A stretch of DNA of 64,000 bases from an uncultured Chloroflexia bacterium (GCA_963797095.1 CAWCNY010000002.1:1120001-1184000), one strand, 5' to 3'; counted from the stretch's first letter, positions 1 through 9,770 are shown. Numbers and translations are program-made. The notes: generated by a model from the letters alone, not told the origin.

Positions 1-58
1 CATATCAAAAACCATAACGATTGATCGTACGAAATATGGGACCGAACAGGAGGCAACC

Positions 59-517
59 ATGTCCAATATTATTCACACACAAGCTACCGTTGAACGTGAG
101 CCTGGGCGAGCCTTTGAACTGTTCGTCGAAAGCAGTTTGGTAGGCTCGTGGCTGGTCGACCGGGCCGAGATCGAGCCGCGAGTTGGTGGCAAGTACGATG
201 TGTTGTGGGACTATGAGCATTACACAGCGGGTACGGCGGGCTGCAAGGTGACGGGAATCGAGCTGGGCAAGTTCATCCCATTCGAGTGGAAAGGTCCGCC
301 GCAGTTCCAACACACCATGAACGAGGCCGATCCCCTAACGCATCTGGTCGTCTTCTTCATACCTTCAGGAGAGTCCAGCACCGAAGTGCATCTCATCCAT
401 ACAGGGTGGGGTAGCTCGCCCGAATGGGAGGAGGCGCGACAGTGGTTTGTCGAAGCCTGGGAGCTGGCCTTCAGCCATCTTGCAAAGCACGTTGCGAGCG
501 CCGTCCCCGTCGCGTAG
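59..517 (+). CDS. SRPBCC/AHSA1 (START-like) domain protein
   Basis: 152-aa ORF with RBS AGGAGG; 'IEPRVGGKY...FEWKGPP...TEVHLIHTGW...WF..AW' is typical of AHSA1/SRPBCC. Confidence 0.85.
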   Translation: MSNIIHTQATVEREPGRAFELFVESSLVGSWLVDRAEIEPRVGGKYDVLWDYEHYTAGTAGCKVTGIELGKFIPFEWKGPPQFQHTMNEADPLTHLVVFFIPSGESSTEVHLIHTGWGSSPEWEEARQWFVEAWELAFSHLAKHVASAVPVA

Positions 518-524
518 GCTTGTT

Positions 525-1793
525 ATGGATAACGCCAACGTTTCCCTGGCAGTTGCCCATCTGTTCCGTCATCAAGCTGGGCAGGCGGTTTCCACTCTCA
601 CGCGCATCTTCGGCCCGGAGCATCTGGACCTGGCCGAGGACGTGGTTCAAGACACTCTGATCAAAGCCCTCAAAGTGTGGCCCTACCAGGGCATCCCGGA
701 GAACCCGGCTGCGTGGATCATGCGGGTCGCCAAGAACGGCGCACTCGACGTGCTCAGGCGCGAACGAAGTCTACGCGACAAGGTGGACGATATCGCTCGC
801 TTGCCCGAACATAGCTCGGTCCACACCGACGAGGTCGACATAGATGGCGACCGTGAGTTATGGGATGATCAACTTGGCATGATGTTCATGTGCTGCCACC
901 CTGCCCTGTCGCGCCCCGCCAGGGTGGCCCTCACCCTCAAGACGCTGGGCGGCTTCGGCGTGCCCGAGATAGCACGGGCCTTCCTGGCCGAAGAAGCCAC
1001 GATTGCTCAACGGTTGGTGCGGGCCAAGCGCACCCTGCGAGAAATGCGCGTACCCTTCGAGATGCCTGAGCGCCAGCACCTGCCCGCCCGCCTCGATTCG
1101 GTGCTCGATGTCCTCTACCTCCTCTTCAATGAGGGGTACAGCGCCCACAGCGGAGCGGAACTGGTGCGGCAGGACCTCTGCGCCGAGGCGATCAGGCTGA
1201 CATCCATGCTGGCCCAACACCCCGTTGGCGATCTGCCCAGGGTGCATGCCCTTCTTGCGCTGATGCTGCTCCAGGCGTCGAGGTTGCCAGCGCGTACGGA
1301 CGACCATGGCAATATCCTCTTGCTGCGCGAGCAAGATCGCTCCTTGTGGGATCGCGCCTTGATTAACATGGGCTTGACCGAGTTGGCGCAATCCGCTACC
1401 GGCGATACGGTCAGCGAGTACCACCTGCAAGCAGGCATCGCATCCATCCATGCCCTCGCGACCACCTACGAGGAAACAGAGTGGTGGCGAATCTTGATGC
1501 AGTACAACGCCCTTATGCAGATCGCCCCCTCACCCGTGGTGGCGCTCAACCGGGCGGTGGCGCTGGCGATGGTGAAAGGCCCGCAGGTGGGATTGCAAGA
1601 GTTGGATCGCGTAATGGGTATGGCCGGGATGGAGGGGTATTATCTCTTCTATGCGACTTTAGGCGAGTTCCTCAAAGAAACGGGTGACAGGGCGGGTGCG
1701 GCAGTGGCCTATCGTAGCGCGCTCGACCTGGTAACCACCGCTCCTGAACATCGGTTCTTGCAGAGTAAACTGGCCGAGTGCGAAGTCGAATAA
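525..1793 (+). CDS. ECF sigma factor with C-terminal DUF6596/TPR extension (ECF42/ECF123 type)
   Basis: 'LAEDVVQDTL..ALKVWP..GIPENPAAW', 'MFMCCHPALS', 'YLLFNEGYSA', 'QDRSLWD', 'SPVVALNRAVA'; ATG at 525 chosen because it follows the upstream stop. Confidence 0.92.
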   Translation: MDNANVSLAVAHLFRHQAGQAVSTLTRIFGPEHLDLAEDVVQDTLIKALKVWPYQGIPENPAAWIMRVAKNGALDVLRRERSLRDKVDDIARLPEHSSVHTDEVDIDGDRELWDDQLGMMFMCCHPALSRPARVALTLKTLGGFGVPEIARAFLAEEATIAQRLVRAKRTLREMRVPFEMPERQHLPARLDSVLDVLYLLFNEGYSAHSGAELVRQDLCAEAIRLTSMLAQHPVGDLPRVHALLALMLLQASRLPARTDDHGNILLLREQDRSLWDRALINMGLTELAQSATGDTVSEYHLQAGIASIHALATTYEETEWWRILMQYNALMQIAPSPVVALNRAVALAMVKGPQVGLQELDRVMGMAGMEGYYLFYATLGEFLKETGDRAGAAVAYRSALDLVTTAPEHRFLQSKLAECEVE

Positions 1794-1820
1794 CGGTGGG
1801 AGAATAAGTCACAAAAATGC

Positions 1821-1845
1821 GCAACCTTGCGATCATTTGTTCGTC
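1821..1845 (+). promoter_or_regulatory. Possible ECF-type promoter (GCAACC-N15-CGTC)
   Basis: AAC-containing -35 and CGTC -10, about 35 nt upstream of ATG 1881. Confidence 0.35.
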
Positions 1846-1880
1846 CAATGGATGGGCACCCAATAATTGTCGAGGAGATT

Positions 1881-4598
1881 ATGATGGCAAGGTTTCGGAG
1901 AGGGGCGCAGCTTATCGCGCTGATCGCACTCTTCATATCGCTCTTCCATGCGCCTCAGGTACATGCTCAGAGCGACACGCGATACTTCCCTGAGACAGGG
2001 CGGACGGTCCAGGGACGCTTTCTTCAATATTGGAACGACAACGGTGGTCTGATGCAGCAGGGCTACCCGATCTCTACCGAGATGCAGGAACGCTCGGATA
2101 CGGACGGCAAGATATACACAGTCCAATACTTCGAGCGGGCGGTGTTCGAGAAGCACCCTGAGAACGCATACCCATTTGATGTGCTTTTGAGCCTGCTGGG
2201 CGTGCAGAAATATAAGTCGAAGTACCCGGACGGCGCGCCTAACCAGCGCCCGAACGACGAAGCAGGCTCGGTCTACTTCAAGGATACGGGCAAGCGCGTG
2301 GGCGGCTCCTTCCTGGTCTACTTCAACGAGTTTGGTGGAGTGCCCCAACAGGGCCTGCCCATCTCAGATGAGTTCCAGGAGAGGTCGGAGCTTGACGGCA
2401 AGGTGCGCACCGTCCAGTACTTCGAGCGCGCCGTGTTCGAGTGGAACCCCGACAACACGCCTCCATACAATGTGTTGCTCGCGCAGTTGGGCACATTCGC
2501 CTATAAGGCGAAATACGAGCAGCCCGCCCCGCCCCCCTTACTGGAGCCACAACTCCCTGAGCCGCTCGACCCCACCAAGAACCAATATTCCCCTCAGGCT
2601 TCGGGACGCTATATGGTCTGGAATGAAGGCAACGTATCCGGCTCTTATGGGCAAATCCCAATCGAATTCGATATTCGAGCCTTGGACCTCGCGACCAACA
2701 AGCCAATAACCGTCACAACCGCACCGGGAAATCAAATTGAGTTCGCGCTGGATGGCTCGTTAGTAGCATGGGAAAACGAGAACTATGGCTGCGACAACTG
2801 CCCACCCAACGGTCTGTACGCCACCGACCTTGCGACCGGGCAGGAATACGTGATCGCACTGGACGACGTAAGCGGCAACCCGTTAACTATGCGCGACCCC
2901 GCTGTGGCAGGAAGATACGTGATCTGGCGAGAGATCGGCAACAACAATAGACAACGCCTCCTTATGGAAAATGTCGATACAGGCGCTAACTTTGAGCTAC
3001 GATCTCTACTTGAGGGCACACCGGATGTGCAGACGGATATAGGTAATGTGCAGGGCAGTGGCCGGTTCGTAGTGTGGAGTGAGAGGTCCGGCATTGCTTT
3101 GCCATCCGATCCCGGCAACAGTAACCCTCTCTATCCGTTCAGCATCCATGTCTACGATATTGCTACAGATCGCCAGTTTGTCGTGATGCAAAACGACACG
3201 CCGGGCGCAATTACCTATGATATTCCGGCGTTCTCTTTGAGCGGCAACACACTGGCGGTGGCGGACAAAGAAGGCAATATCATCCTCATAGACCTCGTAA
3301 CGCGCACGCAGGTTGATATGCCCATCGCTCAGGATGTATTCGACCTGCACCTGTACGGTGATAAGCTCCTGATCAACACAACCTTTGAGTCTACCGACAT
3401 CTGGGGCCTTGACCTATCCAAGCCTGAACACGAGCCTGTGCCTTTACTGCAACCTCCCGCGGGCACGCCTGCCCAACGGATGCCAAGATATACGGCCACG
3501 ATAGCGGGTGACTGGCTGGTATGGAGCGAGGCCACCGCCCCCCAACCAAGACTATCTAAGAAAATGCTGGACCTGACTCCTGCTGGGCCATCGAGCGAGT
3601 TGTTGCCCCCGCTGCCACCGCCCGATAAATACAGGGAGCAGAATCTGGTAGCCGCTTCCGACCACGCTGTGGTCTGGTGGGATTGTGCCGTCAATGGGCG
3701 AACCGAGGGCCAGCCTGTGTGCAGGTTGCGCGGCTTCAATCTTGGTCTCAATACGGAATTCACGACCCTACCGGACCTGAACCCGGAAACGGCTGTTGAG
3801 GTGGTATTGTCGGGTGGCCTGTTGGTATGGCGCACCAACTCGATATGCTCCGGCTGCCCAGATATCGGTATCTATGCTGTCGACCTCGATAGTGGGAAGT
3901 CATACACAGTAGTCAGCGGTCCAGTGAATAGATACAATGTGGCCGCTTACGGCAACACCGTTGTATGGATAGAGGAGGACGCGAACTCGGTGCGGGTGAT
4001 GGGCAAGAACCTTGACACAGGCGAGTACAAGAACTACAGAGAGCTTAGTACGACCCCACCCACTATCTCCAACCTCCAGATCACCGACCAGTACCTCGCG
4101 TGGAATGAGCAGGACACCGAACACCTGGATGGTAAGAAATCGCATATCCAGGTCTACAACCGAGGCACAGGTGATCTGTCTAGAGCCTACTCCTACGACT
4201 GGAACGAGTTCACGATCAGGTCCTTACGTATCGCGCTAGATGGCACCCGCCTGGCCGTGAAGTATGCCGATACCTTCTTCGTGCGCGACCTGTTGAACGA
4301 TACCGACACGAACCTGGACGGAAGCAGTTTCACAGTGTGGATGCAACTAAGAGAGGATGCATTGGTATACGCAAGCGCGCCAACAGACCCCGGCCCCTAC
4401 GGCGGCATCACAGGCGTGGGCATCTACGGGATCGACCTCAAAGACCCTGGGAACACTCTTACCCTGGTGCCCAGGCATGAATCGGGAACTGAGTACTACA
4501 CAAGTGCGCTGGCGGGCCCCTGGCTCATCTATTCCAACCGCAACGCCCAACAATCGCGTCTGCTGTCTCTACGGCTGCCCGAGTCGCTTTGGAGATAG
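1881..4598 (+). CDS. Secreted protein with two 'YFPETG...QYFERA' repeats and a duplicated beta-propeller-like region
   Basis: Signal peptide ending VHA-Q; two repeats (RYFPETGRTV / YFKDTGKRV); two homologous downstream halves each carrying CxxCP; RBS GAGGAG. Confidence 0.8.
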   Translation: MMARFRRGAQLIALIALFISLFHAPQVHAQSDTRYFPETGRTVQGRFLQYWNDNGGLMQQGYPISTEMQERSDTDGKIYTVQYFERAVFEKHPENAYPFDVLLSLLGVQKYKSKYPDGAPNQRPNDEAGSVYFKDTGKRVGGSFLVYFNEFGGVPQQGLPISDEFQERSELDGKVRTVQYFERAVFEWNPDNTPPYNVLLAQLGTFAYKAKYEQPAPPPLLEPQLPEPLDPTKNQYSPQASGRYMVWNEGNVSGSYGQIPIEFDIRALDLATNKPITVTTAPGNQIEFALDGSLVAWENENYGCDNCPPNGLYATDLATGQEYVIALDDVSGNPLTMRDPAVAGRYVIWREIGNNNRQRLLMENVDTGANFELRSLLEGTPDVQTDIGNVQGSGRFVVWSERSGIALPSDPGNSNPLYPFSIHVYDIATDRQFVVMQNDTPGAITYDIPAFSLSGNTLAVADKEGNIILIDLVTRTQVDMPIAQDVFDLHLYGDKLLINTTFESTDIWGLDLSKPEHEPVPLLQPPAGTPAQRMPRYTATIAGDWLVWSEATAPQPRLSKKMLDLTPAGPSSELLPPLPPPDKYREQNLVAASDHAVVWWDCAVNGRTEGQPVCRLRGFNLGLNTEFTTLPDLNPETAVEVVLSGGLLVWRTNSICSGCPDIGIYAVDLDSGKSYTVVSGPVNRYNVAAYGNTVVWIEEDANSVRVMGKNLDTGEYKNYRELSTTPPTISNLQITDQYLAWNEQDTEHLDGKKSHIQVYNRGTGDLSRAYSYDWNEFTIRSLRIALDGTRLAVKYADTFFVRDLLNDTDTNLDGSSFTVWMQLREDALVYASAPTDPGPYGGITGVGIYGIDLKDPGNTLTLVPRHESGTEYYTSALAGPWLIYSNRNAQQSRLLSLRLPESLWR

Positions 4599-4694
4599 GG
4601 CAGGCGGTCTGAGAGGGGTAAGAGGCAAATCGCATACCAATCACCCCTATTATTAGATGCAGGTTTGCGAACACAGAATCTGTTTCTAAGAACG

Positions 4695-4730
4695 CCCCTC
4701 CCCAAAACTTGGGGAGGGGTTGGGGTGGGG
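4695..4730. repeat. REP-like palindrome CCCCTCCCCAA-aac-TTGGGGAGGGG followed by TTGGGGTGGGG
   Basis: Perfect 11-bp inverted repeat plus a G-rich tail. Confidence 0.75.
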
Positions 4731-4759
4731 TCTTTGGGTACTACCGAATTGCTCTATAC

Positions 4760-4968
4760 ATGAACCTAAAATTCGGGGTGACTGCCGTTCCTGTCGGATG
4801 CTTGGGCGTCTTCTCAGCGTGGGACTAGAACCACACGAAGTTATCTTCGTTGACGACCACATCGAATGCACCGATGGTGCTTGCGACCTCGGCATCCACG
4901 GCGTACTGTACAGGGACAATGCCCAACTAATCGGAGAGATTCAGGCACTTCTCGCGTCGGAAGAGTAG
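4760..4968 (+). pseudogene. C-terminal remnant of a HAD-family hydrolase
   Basis: 'EPK...GLEPHEVIFVDDHIECTDGACDLGIHGVLY' resembles HAD motifs III/IV; no N-terminal DxD motif. Confidence 0.6.
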
Positions 4969-5010
4969 CGCACGAAAGATATCCCTGCCCGTTGGTGGGG
5001 TCAAAGAGGA

Positions 5011-5625
5011 TCACAGTGCGGTGAATTCAGGCTTGCCTATGCAGGCCGAGAAATCGCCCGTGGCCCGTGCTACCTGCCTGTATGCCAGTTGGAGCGTCAT
5101 AGCTTCTTTCAGGTGCGCAGAAGCCAGGTCGCAACGCCCCATCAGGGCATTGACGCGAGCCATATTGAAGTGAGCCTCGGCATACTGAGGCTTGATGTCG
5201 ATGGCGCGGCTGAAATCGACTATGGCGGCAATATAGTCGCCTTTCTGGGCGAGCACTGCCGCGCGGGTGTTGTAAGGCTCAGGCTGGTTGGGGTTTAGCT
5301 CGATGCAGCGCGTGAGGTCGGCGTATGCCGCGTCCCACTCGCCGAGCATAGCATAGACGCTGCCGCGATTGTTCAGTATGTCGGCGTCATCTCCCCTAAG
5401 CTCAAGAGCGTGAGAAAAGTCCTGGATGGCGAGAGGAAGCGCCCCGTCGTTGGCGTAGAGGATGCCCCGATTGTACCAGTAGCCGGGGTTGTCGGGGTCC
5501 AATTCTATCGCCTTCGAGAAAGACGCAATAGCCTGCCCTGCCATATTCTGCGTTGCCTGGGCAATCCCCATAGTGTTGTAGCGATTAGCTTCGGCCTGGA
5601 TGTCAGTAGACGCATTGTCGTTCAT
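5011..5625 (-). CDS. Tetratricopeptide repeat protein
   Basis: About five repeats of 'YNRG..Y...G....AI.DF..A.EL'. Confidence 0.9.
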   Translation of the reverse strand: MNDNASTDIQAEANRYNTMGIAQATQNMAGQAIASFSKAIELDPDNPGYWYNRGILYANDGALPLAIQDFSHALELRGDDADILNNRGSVYAMLGEWDAAYADLTRCIELNPNQPEPYNTRAAVLAQKGDYIAAIVDFSRAIDIKPQYAEAHFNMARVNALMGRCDLASAHLKEAMTLQLAYRQVARATGDFSACIGKPEFTAL

Positions 5626-5667
5626 ATTGGGTCCCCTGTTGCATTATAACGCCAGGGCGCACAAGTC

Positions 5668-5758
5668 GGTAGTCAGAACCGGCAACTCGTCACTCGCCAC
5701 TCGCCACTCGCCACTCGCCACTCGCCACTCGCCACTCGTCACTCGTCCTCTGACTACC
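5668..5758. repeat. Nine-unit heptamer array ACTCG(C/T)C flanked by a 10-bp inverted repeat
   Basis: Array at 5685-5747; GGTAGTCAGA at 5668-5677 and TCTGACTACC at 5749-5758. Confidence 0.9.
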
Positions 5759-5804
5759 TACCACATTTCCGAAAGTCCCATGATTATGACCCCCCAATAG
5801 GCTA

Positions 5805-5833
5805 TTGTTCCAACATGACGCTGTTGGTAGGAT
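5805..5833 (+). promoter_or_regulatory. Putative sigma70 promoter TTGTTC-N17-TAGGAT with palindrome CCAACA-N6-TGTTGG
   Basis: 17-bp spacing, upstream of RBS GGAGG and ATG 5855. Confidence 0.45.
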
Positions 5834-5854
5834 ATCATCGGAGGCAGTGTCACT

Positions 5855-7231
5855 ATGAAGATACAATCTAAACTATTGGGTGGACGCTTTGGCAAACGCA
5901 GTCAATCTGGCGAACAGGGGGAGACAGCAGTAGCAGCAACAGCAATGGCGGGTGCGGGCGAAGGCACCTCGCTTACAAACACCAACTCGACTGTAGCCAT
6001 GGGTACAAATCTGCGCTCGCTTGGCTCGGAGTTGCAACAGGCTGCACTCCAGAGCACATTTGACTATCCCAAGAACAGGACTTTGATCACAAAGACAGTG
6101 GCGGCCCTGTTGTTGATGTTATCCTTCGCTCACGCAGGTCTCACCCTTATCCCCATGAGGGGAGTGGTCGGCAATTGGACTCACACATTTCTTAGTTGGT
6201 CCGCTCTTGGGCTGGCCCTGGAAATCGCGGTTGCGGGATTCGTAGCAGCCGTGCTTGTCAATCTATTTCCCGCCATCAGGATCAACCCACAGGGGCTAGG
6301 CGTGCCTGAGCTAACAGGCTGGCGCATGATCCCCTGGAAACAAGTAGAAGTGATCCGCGTAATGGAGCTTGGCGGCTGGCTGGGCAAGGGACGCTACCTG
6401 GTGATGGTCCCGTTCACGGGCAAGACAACTCCGCGCACTCCTGCCCCTATGCTCCGCTGGATACCTGCTCTGTTCGGCGCTTCTCGTGAGGGCGAGCGCG
6501 GCGTGATGATCACCTCGGACATTAAGAGTTTTGAGCGCCTGCTCCAGCTTATTGTTTCATATATGGCGAAGGCTTCGGGCACGAGCGGTGGGGGCGTGGT
6601 GATCGAGTCTTATGTAGACGAAGAAGTTACGATGAACACTGCCCAACTCATGCTAGACCCGGAGGCGGCGCTGGAGAGGTTGTCGCGGTATACCATCGCT
6701 ACCGTGACACCGGACCCTTACGGGGTAACAGAGATCGACATAGATCCGCCCGTGAACTGGACGCGGATGCTGCTCCGCCAGGTGCCTATCGCTTTACTCC
6801 CTGCGCTTATGTTGTTCACAGAGGTAACGGTTAGTGTGGGCGACAAGCCCTTCCTGGGATTACATGCTGCGTGGGCCGTATTTCTCCTTTTGCTAGGGCT
6901 GGCCGAGCTACCCTTCGTAGCCTACTTGATCCAGGCTGTAGGCGAGCTGATGGTAGGTGGCGGAAAATTCAAGCGATCGGTGTGGGCCTATGCGGAACTG
7001 CAATTGCCCCGCGCAATAGCGATCTTGCTGGGGCTGGCACTTCTTGGCGTAGGATTACCCATAGGTTTCGCGCACGCGCTTTGGTTGGCGGGCATCGCCC
7101 TGACCACTCTGCTGACGACACGCTATGTACAAAAGCTCTACTACATGCCACTGCTACATGCTGTGCCTGCGGCAATCGGTGTGTTCATCTACCAGATGCT
7201 GATCCTGGCCCTCTATTTCGGGGTGAGATAG
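5855..7231 (+). CDS. Uncharacterized multi-pass membrane protein (possible PH-like domain and Yip1-like C-terminus)
   Basis: 458 aa, RBS GGAGG; two N-terminal TM helices, soluble 'IPWKQV' segment, about five C-terminal TM helices. Confidence 0.7.
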   Translation: MKIQSKLLGGRFGKRSQSGEQGETAVAATAMAGAGEGTSLTNTNSTVAMGTNLRSLGSELQQAALQSTFDYPKNRTLITKTVAALLLMLSFAHAGLTLIPMRGVVGNWTHTFLSWSALGLALEIAVAGFVAAVLVNLFPAIRINPQGLGVPELTGWRMIPWKQVEVIRVMELGGWLGKGRYLVMVPFTGKTTPRTPAPMLRWIPALFGASREGERGVMITSDIKSFERLLQLIVSYMAKASGTSGGGVVIESYVDEEVTMNTAQLMLDPEAALERLSRYTIATVTPDPYGVTEIDIDPPVNWTRMLLRQVPIALLPALMLFTEVTVSVGDKPFLGLHAAWAVFLLLLGLAELPFVAYLIQAVGELMVGGGKFKRSVWAYAELQLPRAIAILLGLALLGVGLPIGFAHALWLAGIALTTLLTTRYVQKLYYMPLLHAVPAAIGVFIYQMLILALYFGVR

Positions 7232-7256
7232 ATGCTTGGTGCGCAAGAAAAGCGCT

Positions 7257-7302
7257 ATACAAACAAAAACCCGCGCTTGTGGGCGCGGGTTTTTGTTTGT
7301 AT
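7257..7302. terminator. Bidirectional intrinsic terminator
   Basis: Perfect 20-bp inverted repeat ATACAAACAAAAACCCGCGC / GCGCGGGTTTTTGTTTGTAT between convergent genes. Confidence 0.92.
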
Positions 7303-7312
7303 TCAATTATAC

Positions 7313-7693
7313 TCAGGAACGGGCCTCCACTACCAATCGGATAGCGGTGCGCTCCTCGTCAGCGATCACCACGTCGATGAAGGCGGGCACGACCACTATA
7401 TCTATCCCATTAGGCTGCAAATAATCGCGCGCGATAGCAATGGCTTTCACAGCCTGGTTGGTTGCGCCTGCGCCTATGGCCTGAACGTCGGCTCGCCCAT
7501 GGTTGCGGATGACGGCTGCGATAGCGCCGGCTACCGCACTCGGCCTTGAATGAGCGGATACTTTGAGTACCTCGGTTCCATCGCCTCTATAGTCCGAAGT
7601 AGTGTTGACGTCGACCGTGTCACTCATATCACTTTCGCCCCCTTCGCGACCGTCGCGAGTAGCTGTAAGATTTGTGGTGTGTGCAGTGTCCAT
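7313..7693 (-). CDS. spoVS: Stage V sporulation protein S family (Alba-like)
   Basis: 'VLKVSAHSRPSAVAGAIA...VQAIGAGATNQAVKAIAIAR...PAFIDV.I..EERTAIRL'; ATG 7693 has GGAGG, alternative start 7627. Confidence 0.95.
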   Translation of the reverse strand: MDTAHTTNLTATRDGREGGESDMSDTVDVNTTSDYRGDGTEVLKVSAHSRPSAVAGAIAAVIRNHGRADVQAIGAGATNQAVKAIAIARDYLQPNGIDIVVVPAFIDVVIADEERTAIRLVVEARS

Positions 7694-7890
7694 GCTTGCC
7701 TCCAATGGAGAAGTTTGTATGACGTATGGTTTGTGCGGGGCCTCAGGATAGCGGAGTGCTGGGTGTATAGTTTGGTGCATTGGGTGTGTATGAGGGGGCG
7801 GAGATTATATAGGTCGTTGCTCTGTTATTACCTCAATACCCACATACCTCTAGTCTAGTGCCATGGGCCCTGGTCTTTTCGCGTATGCGT

Positions 7891-7929
7891 GAGAAGGACG
7901 CTGCTATAACCCTCCACAGCGCCCTTCTC
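7891..7929. terminator. Hairpin downstream of rny
   Basis: GAGAAGGaCGCTG ... CAGCGcCCTTCTC imperfect inverted repeat. Confidence 0.45.
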
Positions 7930-8001
7930 AATCTCTTCAGGAGTTACGAGCCATGAGTACCTATACTTATAAAGCCATAGGGTCATAATTCGTAATTAGC
8001 C

Positions 8002-9567
8002 TTACTTAGCGTACTCTATGGCGCGGGTCTCTCGCACAACAGTGACCTTGATCTGGCCCGGATATTCCAGGCTTTCCTCGATCTTCTTGGCGACATCCCG
8101 TGCCAGTCTCATCGCCCCCAGATCGTCGATACTTTCGGGCTTGACGAGCATTCGTACCTCTCTACCTGCCTGGATCGCGAAGCTCTTTTCAACTCCCTCG
8201 AATGAGTTGGCAACCGCCTCGAGTGCTTCCAGGCGCTTGATATAATTTTCCACGCTGTCTCGGCGCGCGCCGGGGCGTCCGCCCGAAAGAGCATCGGCGG
8301 CCTGTACTATCCAGGCCTCAACAGTTTCGGGTTCTTCCTCGTTGTGGTGTGCCGCGATAGCGTGTACTATCTTCTGCGACCGGCCAAGCCGCTTGGCTAG
8401 CTCTGCTCCGATAATGGCATGTGGCCCTTCGACCTCGTGGTCTACGGCCTTGCCGATATCGTGCAGGAGGGTAGCAGTCTTCGCTACGTTCACGTCGGCT
8501 CCGATCTCGGCGGCGATGGCAGCGGCTATGCGCGCGGCCTCCACCACGTGATGGAGCTGGTTTTGCCCGTAGCTGGTGCGATACATCAGCCTGCCCAGCA
8601 GCTTGATCAGGTCAGGGTGCAAACCCTGCACGTTAGCGGCGTAGGCGGCTTTCTCCCCCTCTTCGCGCATTTGATTCTCGACCTCTGCCTTAGCCTTGCT
8701 CACCACCTCCTCGATACGTGCGGGGTGGATGCGGCCATCAGCGATCAACTTGGTCAAAGCCCTCCGGGCCACCTCACGGCGAACCGGGTCAAACGCCGAC
8801 AGAGTGATGGCTTCCGGGGTCTCATCTATGATGAGGTCAACCCCCGTGGCCTGCTCGATTGCGCGGATGTTTCGTCCTTCGCGGCCTATAATCCGGCCTT
8901 TCATTTCTTCGTTGGGCAGAGGCACTATCGAAACGGTGATTTCAGGTACATATTCTGAAGCGGCCCTGGAAGCGGCCACCGAGAGTACCTTTTTGATGCG
9001 CATATCGGCCTCTTCTTTAACTTCGGCCTCTATTTCGCGGTACCGCCGGTTGGCATCTATCCGCACTTCCTCTTCGATTTCCTGGAGGAGTGCGTCCTTG
9101 GCCTGGTCTACGGTCATGCCTGCTACTCGCTCAAGCTCTTTGCGGCGCTCTGCTTGTAGATCGCTGATACGCGCCTCCATAGCCTCAAGCTCGCGCTCCT
9201 TGGTCTGAAGGGCGCGTTCCCGTTTCTCGGTGCTGTCTATCTTGCGGTCAAGGGTCTCCTCTTTCTGCTGGAGTCTTCGCTCCTGGCGCTGCACTTCGGC
9301 TCGCCTTTCGCGGTACTCGTTCTCGACCTCCGCACGTACCTGGTGCGATTGGTCTTTCGCCTGGAGGATCATCTCTTTCCGCTGGGCTTCGACCTCCCGG
9401 AGAGCCACTTGGGCGCGCTCCTCGGCGGTCTTCACCTGATCGTCGGCCAGCTTTTGTACACGGCCAACGTCTGCCCTCGAATGGTTCCACGCGACTACTA
9501 CGGCCACTGCCACCAAAAGGAACACAATAGCAGCGCCAGCAGCTAGCCACGTTAGCAGTTCTGGCAT
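8002..9567 (-). CDS. rny: Ribonuclease Y
   Basis: N-terminal TM helix, coiled coil, KH '[14 protein letters not shown]', HD 'LLHDIGKA', '[13 protein letters not shown]'. Confidence 0.98.
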   Translation of the reverse strand: MPELLTWLAAGAAIVFLLVAVAVVVAWNHSRADVGRVQKLADDQVKTAEERAQVALREVEAQRKEMILQAKDQSHQVRAEVENEYRERRAEVQRQERRLQQKEETLDRKIDSTEKRERALQTKERELEAMEARISDLQAERRKELERVAGMTVDQAKDALLQEIEEEVRIDANRRYREIEAEVKEEADMRIKKVLSVAASRAASEYVPEITVSIVPLPNEEMKGRIIGREGRNIRAIEQATGVDLIIDETPEAITLSAFDPVRREVARRALTKLIADGRIHPARIEEVVSKAKAEVENQMREEGEKAAYAANVQGLHPDLIKLLGRLMYRTSYGQNQLHHVVEAARIAAAIAAEIGADVNVAKTATLLHDIGKAVDHEVEGPHAIIGAELAKRLGRSQKIVHAIAAHHNEEEPETVEAWIVQAADALSGGRPGARRDSVENYIKRLEALEAVANSFEGVEKSFAIQAGREVRMLVKPESIDDLGAMRLARDVAKKIEESLEYPGQIKVTVVRETRAIEYAK

Positions 9568-9770
9568 AAAACACCTCCCTATTCTCTTGTTAAGGTACGT
9601 TGTCTACAACGTAGTAATAGATCGTTGTTCCGTGGGCCGGTTTAGGACCTACGGGACACCTGCGTGCGTTTGGATATGTGTTCCTGCCTGGGTTCGGCAG
9701 CCTCATAACCTGCAAGCGCAGGCGTAGTTAGGCAAACAGCTTAGCAATGAAGCTAATTTGTATAACCTGT

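Noticed and set aside
7313-7693. Evidence of endospore formation
   Set aside because: SpoVS occurs widely in non-sporulating bacteria, and no other spo genes are present.
9568-9765. 6S RNA upstream of rny
   Set aside because: No end-to-end closing stem found by eye; 44320-44502 fits 6S better. Kept only as a structured leader.
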